64,000 nt of DNA from Owenia fusiformis (lineage: Eukaryota): contig CAIIXF020000001.1 of assembly GCA_903813345.2 (NCBI GenBank), forward strand, positions 37,262,001 to 37,326,000. Reading direction: 5' to 3'. Position 1 is the stretch's first letter, and each line of letters begins with the position of its first letter. Shown piece after piece: positions 1 through 14,100 of the stretch. Under the pieces are notes generated by a model that worked only from the letters and a program-made list of their open reading frames with translations, was not told the DNA's origin and did not search any database. The position numbers were made by a program, and so were the translations under genes.

Positions 1-869
1 ATTCAAAATGCTATTGTTTGTGTGTGAGGGGGGGGGGGGCATCTCCAGAGTTGACTCACATCATGGTCTATAAGAATCACAACTGTCACAAATCATCATT
101 CCATCTGGTATCATTTAAATATCCTTGAATATGATTTGCAGTATGTACATAAATCCTTGTGTGCCATCCTGTATCATATATTATGCCTATTGTTAATGTT
201 GCATATGTCTTTTTATTTTTTAATCAGCTAATATATATGTATATAAACACTGGTGAAGTAATGTGGTCATTCCTCAAGCCCTCCATATCATTTATCATCC
301 TAATTGTTCATATGTCAACAGCTCCTTCCAGTGAATTAAATAAAAGTTGTTCTTCACGATAAATACCGGTGAAGTATTGTGGCAATTCCACATGCAATCT
401 GTTTTTCCATCTATTCCCTGCTGTTATTCCACCATATTCTATCTATATGTTTTTGACATGCTGATTACCCATGCCATACATCCTGAAATAAGCAAATAAT
501 ATTTAAATTATTTTCTTTTCTGTATTGTGCCTTTTGTTCATTTATCATTCACTTATGTCCAGTAAATTGAATAAAGTACTAGAAATATGCAAACTCCATA
601 GCGCAGCAAATGCCAAAGAACACTAAATTCATGAATCTGTATGCCACAACATAATATTTATCATCTACCTTACCCTTGATTTGCAAATATAAAAAAAACA
701 TTAAAATGTTGCATGTATATCAGAATAATCACCAATTCAAGTATTTGGGTGACCATTTGTATTAGATCATTGGTGTGGCGGGGGGGGGGGGGGGGAGGCA
801 CGATGGGTGCAAACCCTCTTCCCCATAACCAATAACAAAATGGCTCCATTACTTTTCGAGTAAGAATAA

Positions 870-2120
870 AAAGAGTAAAAAATGGTGGTCATTTTGAAAA
901 ATGGCTGCCTTTTACCCAAAGTGTCATTTGACAGTGTGCCATGCTTATAGTATTCACATATAAAATATGAACAAAATTGCTCTACTACTTTTTGAGTTAT
1001 AGTAAAAAATGTAAAAATGGTCGCCATTTTTCAAAATGGTCGCCAACTACCCAAAGCGTCATTAGACAGTGTGCCATGCTTATAGTATTCACATATAAAA
1101 TATGAACAAAATCGCTCTACTACTTTTTGAGTTATAGTAAAAAATGTAAAAATGGTCACCATGTTTCAAAATGGTTGCTCACTACCCAAAGTGTCATTAG
1201 ACAGTGTGCCATGCTTATAGTATTCCTATATAAAATATGAACAAAATCGCTCTACTACTTTTTGAGTCAGTTTAGTAAAAAATGTAAAAATGGTCGCCAT
1301 TTTTCAAAATGGTCGCCTACTACCCAAAGTGTCATTAGACAGTGTGCCATGCTTATAGTATTCACATATAAAATATGAACAAAATCGCTCTACTACTTTT
1401 TGAGTTAAAGTAAAAAATGTAAAAATGGTCGCCATTTTTCAAAATGGTCGCCTACTACCCAAAGTGTCATTAGACAGTGTGCCATGCTTATAGTATTCAC
1501 ATATAAAATATGAACAAAATCGCTCTACTACTTTTTGAGTCAGTATAGTAAAAAATGTAAAAATGGTCGCCATTTTTCAAAATGGTCGCCTACTACCCAA
1601 AGTGTCATTAGACAGTGTGCCATGCTTATAGTATTCACATATAAAATATGAACAAAATCGCTCTACTACTTTTTGAGCTATAGTAAAAAATGTAAAAATG
1701 GTCGCCATTTTTCAAAATGGCCGCCTTCTACCAAAAGTGTCATTTGACAGTGTGCCATGCTTATAGTATTCACATATAAAATATGAACAAAATCGCTCTA
1801 CTACTTTTTGAGTTATAGTAAAAAATGTAAAAATGGTCGCCATTTTTCAAAATGGCCGCCTTCTACCAAAAGTGTCATTAGACAGTGTGCCATGCTTATA
1901 GTATTCACATACCAAATATGAACAAAAACCCTCCACTACGTTTTGAGGTACAGTAAAAACCATTAAAATGGCAGCCATATTGAAAAATGGCAGCCTTCCA
2001 CCAAAAGTGTCATTAGACAGTGTGCCATGCTTATAGTATTCACATACCAAATATGAACAAAATCACTTCACTACTTTTTGATTTATAGTAAAAAAAAGTA
2101 AAAATGGTGGTCATTTTTCA
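870..2120 (+). repeat. Tandem array, ~120-bp unit (about 10 copies), HINE/Helentron-type core repeat
   Basis: Repeated unit ...AAAATGGTCGCCATTTTTCAAAATGGTCGCCTACTACCCAAAGTGTCATTAGACAGTGTGCCATGCTTATAGTATTCACATATAAAATATGAACAAAATCGCTCTACTACTTTTTGAG... Confidence 0.95.
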
Positions 2121-2124
2121 AAAA

Positions 2125-4310
2125 TGACAGTCAGTGACATGGTATGATACATGATATGACATTGAGTGCCATGGTATGTTACAAATATGATAGTAGATGA
2201 CATGGTATGTTTCAAGATATGTCAATGAGTGACATGGTGTTACAAGATATGACAGTGAGTAACATAGTATGCTACCTGATTTGACAGTGAGTTACGTAGT
2301 ATGATACAAGATATGGCAGTAAGGGACATGGTATGATACATGATATGACAGTGTGTGACGTGATATGTTACAAAATATGACAGTGATTGGCATGGTATGT
2401 TACAATAAATGACAGTGAGTGACATGGTATGTCATATGATATGACAGACTGTGACATGGTATGATACATGATATGACAGTGAGTGGCATGGTATGTTACA
2501 AGATATCGACAGTTAGTTGAATGGAATGATATAAGATATGACAGTGAGTGACACGGTTTGTTACAAGATATGACATTGAGTGACATATGTTACAAGATCA
2601 GACAGTAAGGGACATTGTATGTTACAAGATATGACAGTCTGTGACATAGTATGATACATGATATGACAGTGTGTGACATGGTATGTTACAAAATAAGGAC
2701 CCACAGTCCTGTGCTCACACAGTTTGGAACCTTCAGAGGAATGTATATCCTGACTTTCAAACAAAACTATTGATTTGGATTTGTAGTCTCCAACTTTGAG
2801 AAACTTAGATAGCACAGTTGTGTGACCTAGTTTGATGACCTTTGACCTTGAAAATTTTAAATTATTCAGAGCTCAATAAGGTCTTTCGTGATTAAGCTGA
2901 CCAAAATTTACATCCAAAAATCAATTTGAAAAATCAACCTTTTTGACCTTTCAAAGGTCACTGTACTGAAGGTCAAGTAAAGGTCAAATCCTAAAACTAA
3001 TGTCAAATTTGAACTCCTGGCAACTTGAAGATGATTTTCAAAAAAAATTTGGTCAAGTGAAGCAAGTTGAAAAGTAACTTATTTTTACTGTTTTTTGACG
3101 TCAAATATCTCAAAAACAGTAAAAATTTGATGTCGCATAATATGACAGTCTTTGACATGGTATGATATGTGATATGACAGTGAGTGATGTGGTATGTTAC
3201 AAGATATGACAGTGAGTGACATGGTATGTTACAAGATATGACAGTTAGTGGAATGGAATGATATAAGATATGACATTGAGTGACACGCTATGTTACAAGA
3301 TATGACATTGAGTGACATATGTTACAAGATCAGATAGTAAGTGACATTGTATGTTACACGATATGACAGTCTGTGACATGGTATGATACATGATATGACA
3401 GTGAGTGACATGGTATGATACAAGATATGACAATGAGTGGCATGATATGTCACATTATATGACAGTTTGTGACATGGAATGATACATGATATGACATTAA
3501 TAACCCAGATGCGAGTAGAAATTATCTTGATTTACGTCATTAAAAATTCAAAATTCAGTCAAAGTCATATTTGAAATCTACATGTTAAATTACATCTAGA
3601 AATGTGGTTTTAAAAAGTTTTTATCAACTTTGAAAAATTAATTTTCTTTGAAAATGTGACTTCTAGCTCGGGGAGATTCCTCATAGACCCCATGCTATAA
3701 AATCACAAAAAATGAAATATCTTTTCTTTTAGTGGACAGATAATATTTTGCTTTACCGGACATATTTCCATTAGTATAAGTATTAGGCACATAAGGGTTA
3801 TATGAAAATTGAGCCACTTAAATTGATAATATTCAAGTTTAAGGAAACTTTCTTATATACCTGCCATGTTAATTGACCCGAATCAGCCACCTGGTGGTAA
3901 AACTGGTAACTACCTACTCGCATTTGGGTAATTGTTACAAGATATGTCAGTGAGTAACATGGTATGTTACAAGATATGACAGTGAGTGACATGGTACGAT
4001 ACAAAATATGACATTGAGTGACATGGAATGTAACAAGATATGACAGTGAGTGACATGGTATGAAACAAAACATAACATTGAGTGGCAGGGTGTGTTACAA
4101 GATATGACAATGAGTGGCATGGATTGTTACAAGGTATGACAGTAAGTGACACAATATGTTTCAAGTTGTGACAATGAGTTACATGGTATGTTACGATATA
4201 TGACAGTGAGTGACATGGTATGTTACAAGATATGACAGGGAGTGACATGGTTTGACACATGATATGACAGTCAGTGATATGGTATGATACAAGATATGAC
4301 ATTGAGTGAC
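2125..4310 (+). repeat. 32-bp minisatellite in three blocks (2125-2695, 3140-3497, 3933-4310)
   Basis: Consensus GATATGACAGTGAGTGACATGGTATGTTACAA repeated with variants; explains the Cys/His-rich spurious ORFs in this interval. Confidence 0.93.
3501..3931. mobile_element. Small TIR element (piggyBac-like CCC...GGG ends, degenerate) splitting the 32-bp array
   Basis: Left TAACCCAGATGCGAGTAG vs right CTACTCGCATTTGGGTAA; a related right end recurs at ~39230-39360. No perfect TTAA flanks. Confidence 0.6.
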
Positions 4311-4661
4311 AAATACACTATCAGTCCTAAACTGATAAGCTGAATTGACTGATTTGGCTTGAAATCTGTAGCTTAGACAAGATTTATTGAAAGACTGCCC
4401 AACCGCCTATGCATTGACCAGCAAACTGATCACAATTTAGCACCCAAGTGTCTGATAATAAAAATCATCAAAGTTTAGGGCCCTTACCTCTGTCTGTTGT
4501 TTGAAAAATAAATCAGTCTGACTCTCTGTGATAAAGTCGTGTGTTGAAAAGTTGGATTATACATTCTTACTGCACCATCCCACTTTTTCCATCCTTGCTC
4601 ATCCTGAAGCAGATAATACAAATTGCATCAGTATATGTCTAATAATAATTAACAAGCAGAG

Positions 4662-4881
4662 CAGGCCTGTAGCCAGGGGGTGGGAGCGGGGGGGGGGGGG
4701 GGGGGGGCAGGGAGGGGCACTCCAGGACAGAAATTCTTTTATAAAATCATGTAGTTTTTCACTATTCTGAGCACTTTTCGCAAGATTTTTTGCCAAAACT
4801 GTCAAAAAGCTCCCCCCGCCTAGGCAAAAAGTCCCCTTTGGTAAAACCACTCCCCCCAGGTAAATCCTGGCTACGGGCCAG
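4662..4881. mobile_element. hAT-like MITE (CAGG ends), same family as 17659-17871
   Basis: CAGGCCTGTAGCCAGG ... CCTGGCTACGGGCCAG; internal similarity to 17659-17871; TSD imperfect (GCAGAG/GCAGGG). Confidence 0.7.
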
Positions 4882-5004
4882 CAGGGCATACAATGATCAT
4901 TAATGGGCAATCATATGCATGCATGATTGGTAATTGTCTCAGTCACATGTTATAAAGTTTATACTATTATCAAGTTACAACCCTTACAATTTATACAAGG
5001 CATT

Positions 5005-6658
5005 AACATGACAAAATGTCACCACCTAAAGGTCAATTTGAAGCAAGTTGAAAACAGACCTTTTTGACCTTTTTTGACCTTGAGAAGGTCATTAAAGGTG
5101 AAATGTCAAATCTAGAGTCAGATTTGAATTTCTGAGAACATGTAGATGATTTTGAAAAAAAAAATTAGTCAATTTGAAACAAGTTGAAAAAAGACCTTTT
5201 TGACCTTGAGAAGGTCATTGAAGGTAAAATGTCAAATCTAAAGTCATATTTGAATTTCTGAGAACATGTAGATGATTTTGAAAAAAAAATTTAGTCAATT
5301 TGAAGCAAGATGAAAAAATACCTTTTTGACCTTTTTTGACATTGAGAAGGTCATTGAAGGTCAAATGTCAAATCTAAAGTCAGATTTGAATTTCTGAGAA
5401 CATGTAGATGATTTTGAAAAAAAAATTTAGTCAATTTGAAGCAAGTTGAAAAAAGACCTTTTTGACCTTTTTTGACTTTGAGAAGGTCATTGAAGGTCAA
5501 ATGTCAAATTTTAAGTCAAATCTAAAGTCAGATTTGAATTTCTGAGAACACGTAGATGATTTTGAAAAAAAAATTTAGTCAATTTGAAGCAAGTTGAAAA
5601 CAGACCTTTTTCACCTTTTTTGACCTTGAGAAGGTCATTGAAGGTCAAATGTCAAATCTAAAGTCAGATTTGAAGGTCAAATGTCAAATCTAAAGTCAAA
5701 TCTAAAGTCATATTTGAATTTCTGAGAACATGTAGATGATTTTGAAAAAAAAATTTAGTCAATTTGAAGCAAGATGAAAAAATACCTTTTTGACCTTTTT
5801 TGACATTGAGAAGGTCATTGAAGGTCAAATGTAAAATCTAAAGTCAGATTTGAATTTCTGAGAACATGTAGATGATTTTGAAAAAAAAATTTAGTCAATT
5901 TGAAGCAAGTTGAAAAAAGACCTTTTTGACCTTTTTTGACTTTGAGAAGGTCATTGAAGGTCAAATGTCAAATCTTAAGTCAAATCTAAAGTCAGATTTG
6001 AATTTCTGAGAACACGTAGATGATTTTGAAAAAAAAATTTAGTCAATTTGAAGCAAGTTGAAAACAGACGTTTTTGACCTTTTTTGACCTTGAGAAGGTC
6101 ATTGAAGGTCAAATGTCAAATCTAAAGTCAAATCTTAAGTCAGATTTGAATTTCTGAGAACACGTAGATGATTTTGAAAAAAAAATTTAGTCAATTTGAA
6201 GCAAGTTGAAAACAGACCTTTTTCACCTTTTTTGACCTTGAGAAGGTCATTGAAGGTCAAATGTCAAATCTAAAGTCAGATTTGAAGGTCAAATGTCAAA
6301 TCTAAAGTCAAATCTAAAGTCAGATTTGAATTTCTGAGAACATGTAGATGATTTTGAAAAAAATTTAGTCAATGTGAAGCAAGTTGAAAAAAGACCTTTT
6401 TGACCTTGAGAAGGTCATTGAAGGTCAAATGTCAAATCTAAAGTCAGATTTGAACTTCTGAGAACATGTAGATGATTTAGAAAAAAATTGAAGTCAGTCT
6501 AAACAGTATTTGTAAAGTTATAGGAAGTTGTAAGAAATTGTTACAGACGCCGGACGCCGGACGCCGGACGCCAACCTCCAACCACCAACCACCAACCGCC
6601 GTCACAAAAAAAAACGGAGACCATAACAATATGTCACCACTTTTGGTGGTGACATAAC
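5005..6658 (-). mobile_element. HINE/DINE-1-like non-autonomous Helentron element with ~120-bp internal tandem array
   Basis: Terminal hairpin TATGTCACCAC-TTTTG-GTGGTGACATA (6630-6656), adjacent (GACGCCG)n microsatellite, matching sub-terminal ATGTCACCAC at 5016-5025, and about 11-12 units of GACCTTGAGAAGGTCATTGAAGGTCAAATGTCAAATCTAAAGTCAG... Confidence 0.8.
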
Positions 6659-6925
6659 AAGTCAAACTATACCAACATGAAATCAAGCCCATGTTATATA
6701 CACGAGAACTTGCTTCTTGTTTCACATCGAGACATCTGGTCTCAGTTTCCAGGAACGAAGTCATGACTTCATGATAAAACATTCAATGATTATCGGCTGG
6801 TCCGGAAAATATTTGTGAAAATGCATTTCATATGATGTATTTTTATCGTTTGTGCAAATACATGTGAAGAAGAATGTCAAATAAAGCTGAAATGATGTGT
6901 TTAAAATGGGACCCTGTATCAATTT

Positions 6926-7422
6926 CAGGCCTGTCAACTGTCCCGCAATTTGCGGATTTGTCACGCATTTGCTGAAGAATTTGAAGTCACGCCAGTTTTT
7001 TTTGCGTGACAGAAAATGTCACGCAAATACGCATTTAACCTGGTAATTGTCAAGCAAAAATATTTCTGTAGAAAAATTTCTAAAAAAGATCGTCTACACA
7101 GCAAAAATACGAACGACGAAAAAAAATGTACGCATTTCGTTCGGACTTTTCACGCGAATTACGTATATGTCACGCATTCCGTTCGAAATTTTTCGTACCT
7201 ACCCCCCCCCCCCCCCGTTGATGGATGTTTGAAACGCGAGCGTAGTGAGCGCCGAAAAATTTGAGGTGTTCAAAATTTGGCAAGATGTAATAAAATTTAA
7301 ACCAAGGTGTTCAAAATTTGGATCAAGGTGTTCAGATTTGGACCAAGGTGTCCACATTTTGAGGGGAGGTGTTCAACATTTCCAAGTCACTCATGTTAGG
7401 TGTTCCCAAGTTGACAGGCCTG
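6926..7422. mobile_element. hAT-like MITE with 6-bp TSD
   Basis: TIR CAGGCCTGTCAAC / GTTGACAGGCCTG, flanked on both sides by CAATTT (6920-6925, 7423-7428). Confidence 0.88.
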
Positions 7423-10400
7423 CAATTTATTACCCAGATGTATAAAAAATCTGTACCCAGAAGTTGAGCTTGATGTAGAATATTGTTGTCACTCTGAACT
7501 ATCGCGTCTATTGGACCATAGGCGTTGCCAGGGGAGCATAATCAAACCCATAACCAATTAAAATAGAATCATGAGATAAAAGAAAATAACTTTAAAATGC
7601 TTTTTATGATTTTCTAGCTCAAGTTGCATCAATTTTGCAATATTCTTAGAAACAAATTGGCTTGCTTTATGCCACGATCGCACCCCCCCTGTCTGAAAAC
7701 TGGCTAAGCCCCTGATATACTAGTAATCACCCTCCCCAGGTGTCAGGGATAATCAAGTTACCTGCAAACGTACAAGGCATGCCATTGAACATGAAGATTT
7801 CTGAAAGTAGCAATAGTACTGTTGTAGTCGTCTAGACACTGGTTATTCTTCTTATCTTTCAATCTCTTTTATCTTTGATCACAGCAAGTCTCTCAGGCTG
7901 ATACTTCATCCTTAGGCTCTGTCTATAAGAAAAATGGACTAAAGGTCAAAACAGAACTCTTTTATAACAATTCAAAAAGATTAAAAAATCCTCATGCTTT
8001 TTTAATTTCCTGTTTGGGGGGGGGGGGGGGCAGAGGGGGGGGGGGTGCCCAGAGTCACGTTCTAAAAAAATTTGAAGCCCATTTATAGATAATTTTGCCT
8101 AAAAGGCCCAGAAGTCCAAGTTTCGCCAAACAAAAGTCCAGTCTTGGTACCCTGCGTGCAGAGTCTAGTTAAACTACACTCTGCCTATAGAGACCATATT
8201 ACAGTTTAGTAGCCCCGCCCCCACGACGGGTACCGGTGACAGTTTGGGTAATAATATAAATCACTTCTGACCTATGCGCTGACCTTTCTTCCACCATTCA
8301 GCGAGCCAGAACAAACATACGCCAATGCGTTCTAATTAAATATGCGCATGTCATTGGTCAATTCCGGGCTCAACGATGACCTCAGAAGGAATGACCATAT
8401 GTAGAACGTCGGTCAAATTTGGCCGACGAACACTGATTGGCGCGGTGAGTTCACAGGTTTATTTTAGTTTGAAAGAGTGAAGACGAAGCTCTCTTTTAAG
8501 AAGTGAAGTCAAACGAATGCAAAGGGTAAGTGGAGGCCCAGCAAAATTTGTTGGCCAAATATATTTTGGGGCCCTAAAAACGTTTCTGGGCCCACTCAAG
8601 GGGGGGGGCATCGACTAGCCCCCTGGAACCGCACTTTAACAGTTCTCGAATGTGAACTTACCAAAACCTGGCTTAGAATTGGATCTTTAACCCCCCCCCC
8701 ACAGAATAGGCCTATGGCTAGATCTAGGCTATAGTCTAGATAAGTTACCTGCTGCGAAATTCAAAGTGCAAGGCAAGTGCTTGCCCGGCCTGGGCTGCAC
8801 TGAAGAACTTGAATATTTCTCTGACTCCCAAAACTAAAGTATGTATCACAAGAAAGTCTAGACAATAGGCTACTTAGTCGTCTAGACACTGCCGTCTGCC
8901 TAACATTCCTATCTTTGCATCAATCTCTAGATCATATTCGCAGACATTCTGGCGGCCGTGAGAGATCTCGGCATGTCAAACTTGAATTGGTATATTTAGA
9001 ACGAATTAAAATTTTAGGCTCGCTTTTTAACAGATCAACTACAATAAATTATTTTTTGATAATTATATAAAATCATATCTGATACTCAGAGACTCTATTA
9101 GGAGGTTTATTCACCATTTTAATTTTTCTCTCTCTTGTTTTCGAAAGATTATGTTACACATATAGTTTGACTTCTAGACTACCCCATGGCTACAAAAATT
9201 CAACACGTTTGTGAAAAATACTTCTTCAACATTTTACAATTTAAAACTGTAAACTACCCATTCAATGGGAAGAAGCACTACCTTAGACATGATAGGAGCT
9301 GCAGTATCAGTCGTACGACGACGACTAAACTTCCAAGGTAGGCTAGTTAATTTCTTTGCTGTTTTTGATTTTTTGCCAATTTTGAACTTTTTTTGGGACT
9401 TTTCTTGAACTTGTGGATGTCTCAAATACAGGCCTGTCAACCTGGGAGCACCTAAATAAGTAACTTACAAATGTTGAACATCTTCCTTCAAATTGTGAAC
9501 ACCTGGTCCAAATCTAAACACCTTGGTCCTAGTGTTGTCGCGATTAAAGCGTCGCGATTAAAGCGGCTCTACAAGTCTGTGGAGTGAAAAATGGAGAAAT
9601 TTTACCTTTTCTGAGCTATCGGGGCGAAGTTTGGTCTAACATCTTCTTCCTTATTCCTATTTTATAAAAATGTATGCATATGGCAATATTCATCAACCAG
9701 TAGAACTGGCAAATCATTTAGAATCTACAATTCCATACAAGGAGTCCCACTCATAGATTTTTTCAAATTCTTTCCAAGTCGAAGTCGAAACACCTAGCCG
9801 GTGAAATTGAAACTAATTTTTCTGGCCGCTCGAATCGATAAAATCTCTGACAGTGTGAGTCTTTTTATGAAAACTTTCTTATAGAAAACACTTGACGATT
9901 ATAAAAAAGCATTAAAAGTTGAAACTGAAGCGTTATTTGAAATAAAAGTGAAAAAAAATTGCGCGGACACAGAGAACAAACTTCCGGTTTAATAAAAAAT
10001 GGCGGACACGAAAGGAGAAAGGAAGACAAAAAATTGGAGGATTTTCCTTTGCCATTATCGATCGATATAAGGTATGTGCACAAATTCTAGTTGCATACAT
10101 GGAAAATAGATACATTTTTTAAGGCAACAATATATTTAAAGCTTTCATTTTACGATAGGCCCAGGATCATTGGATACGACTCGGCAGTCGATAACCCCAC
10201 TTTAATCGATACACCGCGATGTACATGTACATCGCCAAAGCTGATTCTGGCGATGCATCGATGTCTGAAACAAAACATCCATGTTTTTAAAAAAAATTAA
10301 TTTGCTAAAAATCACCCTTTCTTATCTTATTTTGACGCAAATCGTTTACCTTTCTATGTCTTATCGCCTGCTTGGAAGCAGAAGGGGCTATGTGCACTTT

Positions 10401-11187
10401 TTCTGATTTTGAGAAAATGCAAAAACAAACTTTGAAACCCAATATGAATTCAAGTATATGGATATTGCATATAATTTTTATACATAAACATTCAGAATGA
10501 TAATATCTAACATGTGTTAAGTGTCCATTGTGAAAGGTTACCTAATTAAAAAGATATTCACTAATTTGCACATAGGACCTTTTGGCTTTTAACAATTAGT
10601 ACAAATGTTAAACGCAAAAAGGTGCTATGTGGTACATAGAACCTTCTTGCATTGTCAAATGATGCTGTCATACATAAGCAAAGGGTCTATTTGGTAGATA
10701 ACTCCTTTTAGCATTGTGGATTTTTTACTTGATATTCATTGGAGTGGGCTCATTTTATCCTGCTATGCATTGATGTTTGATTATTTCATTAAACCAAATC
10801 AAAGTTCCATTTCATATTATTATTTGTGATAATTTATTCAGATATTTTAGATGTTTTCATTCATAGAATATTTTTGTGTCTCTAACAAAAGCAGGGTATT
10901 CTTTGTTATAGTCACCAACTGATTTATGTCACACTACAATAGCAGTCTTGATACTGACATTTTGTCACTTTAATGCATTGTTTCTCTTATTTTGCCCTTG
11001 TACAATTTCATTATGGAACAGTAAGATATTTAAATTTTAACATTGAATAATACATTTTATTTCATCGTAAAATACATTTTGATATTGTACACAAATTTGA
11101 GATGTCAGGATATAAATATACATACATTCAAATCACATGAATTAATATGAGATACACTTTATTAATTAAGTTCAATATTACTATGAT

Positions 11188-14100
11188 TTAGAAGTCAGAG
11201 TCTGTATCATCTGAGCAGTCAGACACGTTCATAGGAATTTTGTCAGAAAGCTTTCTGTCAACTTCAAGAGATGAGAAATAGGGGTGAAATTCATTAGGAA
11301 TGGTTAGGCTTTGACAGAGTGATAACAAATCTTTCTTTTTTGCTGATGATATTGGTAATTTATGACTGTATAGTTGATTTGGACCATGTATCCATTTTCC
11401 TGGATTTCCTATTTTAGTTCTGGTCCCACTTCTTACGTTTACTTCCATAAACTCATCTTCATTGAAGGAGTTGTTAAAAAATATACTATTTGGGGAGGAC
11501 TTTTTCACTCTAATCCATTTTATTTTTAACCAGTTTATTCGCTTGGAATTGATGTCAAACTTTAAGTTTGAACACTGCTTTCTGACAAACTGTTTCCAGT
11601 CATTGACATCATTGTATTTTAAAGGAACAACAAGATAAGGATTGTTTTTTCTAGAAAGGGTGATGACAGTGTTCCACTGACTTGGAACAAATACTTCTGT
11701 TTTTTTCTTTGCACGTTCAATGTTTGAATGAACAGAGTCAACCTCCATTTGCGTGTGACCAGATTCAAGGAATTTATGATTAATTTCTTCAAGGCTAGGT
11801 ATATTAGTAACTGAGTGTAAATGGCTCACTGCAACGAATTGATTTCTATTTTGGCCTCCACAGGTATCTGACCAATAGGTTATTTTTTTAAGGTTTCTAT
11901 TCGATAAACAAATTGACTTGCTGTTTTTAACTAGACAGGTAGCTATTTCATTGGCACCACGACGAGCTTGGGACTCATCCCACACATGGCAGTCAACCTT
12001 TGCATCAGCGAGTGAATAAATTGTTAAATTGTATACAGAGAGCTTACGTTTATAATACATGAGTGACACATTTGTACATGGTGTTGAGAGCACTGCCTGA
12101 AGGTCAAATGTAGCTGCATACAACCCCTTATCCTTTTTTGCCAATTGCTTATCCCTTTCCTTTTCCAACCTTGCTAATTTCTTCCTCTCTTGATGCTCTT
12201 GTTGTAGTTTAATGTTCTCCTGGGATAATTGATCAACTTTGGACAAATTGTTGTATTTGTTACAGATATTACATTGATCCTTCTTTGGTTTAAAAAAAGA
12301 TAGATTATAATTTTCACAAAATACTTTTCGATAAACATAAACAGATGCTACATCTGTTATATTCTTCTCCTTGCAATATTCTTTGTATAAGTCATACATT
12401 TTAGCTATATTAAGGTCATATTGCAGGTACTTCTTTTTAGTATTCTTTCGGGTATAGTGCGACTCCATAGTTGGAAATGCTTCTATGTGGGCTTTAATAT
12501 TTTGAATTACATCTTCTTTTGTTTTATTTGAGGGACAATGCTTACCACGTCTATCTTCACCGCTGAAATTTCCGTGTTGGTCTTTTTTCTTTAAAGCATA
12601 CGTTAGAGTTTTCGGACTAATGTCTAAAGTTTTGCAAAAAAACATTTTACAAATGCGCTCACGTTTGTTATGTACATTAAAGTAATACTCAAATGATACA
12701 GCTTTTCTTTGATCAGAACCTTGTATTCTTCTTACAGGGGACTTGCTAGTGACCATATTGCAGATATAATCACGCTGCCTATTATATGTTTCTAGATTCC
12801 AATACATTTCACTTATCTCAGTCCTACTTTCTTCACTTATCTTTTCTGTACATTTGAATCGACATTTTGAACAGTCAATCAATTTTGGTGATCTTGATGG
12901 AACTACTTTACCTGAACTTGAGATATATTGTTTGCCTGAAGATCTCTTCTTCTTTCTAACATTCTTTTTCCACTCGGTTACGTTTCTTTTTCTTTTTCTC
13001 GTTAGTTCTTTTTTCTCTGGTGTGTTATAGTTGGCACTTTTATGAGGTGTCACAATGGATGTTTCTAGAGGTGTTTCCTCATCAGTTGATTCAGAAGAAG
13101 CACTGGATGGTTCAGGCTCATCAATTTGGCTCACGAGTGGATCTTCCTGCAACACACTAGTATCTGATTCTGAGTTCTGAGTATTATGTTGGCTCAGCGG
13201 TGATGTGTATGTACTACGGGTTGGCTCTACAGAATCATAGTGATCATTGTCTGGTAATGCCAGATAGGCAAGTTGAATTGTACTTGTAATTGGCTTGACA
13301 GAAACAATTGATATGTTTGGCCTAATTGTACACACTGGATAATCGGGTTTACTGCTGAATATTGTAATGTCACATTGATGTATGTTACTCACTGCCAATG
13401 GCACAGCATCAGCTAATGCGGTGTTCCATTGACCAGAAACTTCAAGTTTGGTAACCTCTCTCTGGTACACTTCCAACTTAGATTCATCATTCTGATTTAT
13501 GTCAGGTAAAAAACTAATATAGTTGTTCCAATGCTGAAGGAGATGCCAGCAGACAACCTGCCTAAATTCATCAATATTATGATACAGGTTTTCCTCACCT
13601 GAATTCAGAAGAACTGCTTCAAAAAAGCAGTCTCCATGAGGAGCAACATTTACTCTTTTCAACTCATTGCTATTGAGCAAATTGTCCAACCGTTCTCTGT
13701 GGTATTGTTTAGCCTTGTCAGCTATTAGCTTTTCTTGAAGACTTTTGCGTTTAATACGCCGCATACTTTCCTTGTAGTTTTCGCAACTTCTTGGTTCAAG
13801 TACTTGATTGTAGGACCTACTTTTGCTCTGCCTACTCAGAGGTGTTGTGGATGTTTTACCGAATGCCTTGGTCGGTTTCTTTTTCCACCCTTTGTCTCGT
13901 GACTTTAAAGTGCTTTTGCGTTTTTTCACACACAAAGACAGTAACATATCTGCTTCAGAATCATCTGAGTTAATATCAGCAGGAGTTGGATTAAAACTAG
14001 AGTCAGCGTCCACATCATCAATAACCTCTGATTCACTGTTCATTTCTTCAATTCCTATGTATTTATTGGTGACTAATGGTCTTTCATCCTCTGTGTCCCA

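Noticed and set aside
2240..4302. Cys/His-rich ORFs resembling metal-binding proteins
   Set aside because: Translations of a 32-bp repeat that cycles through frames; no splice or start context.
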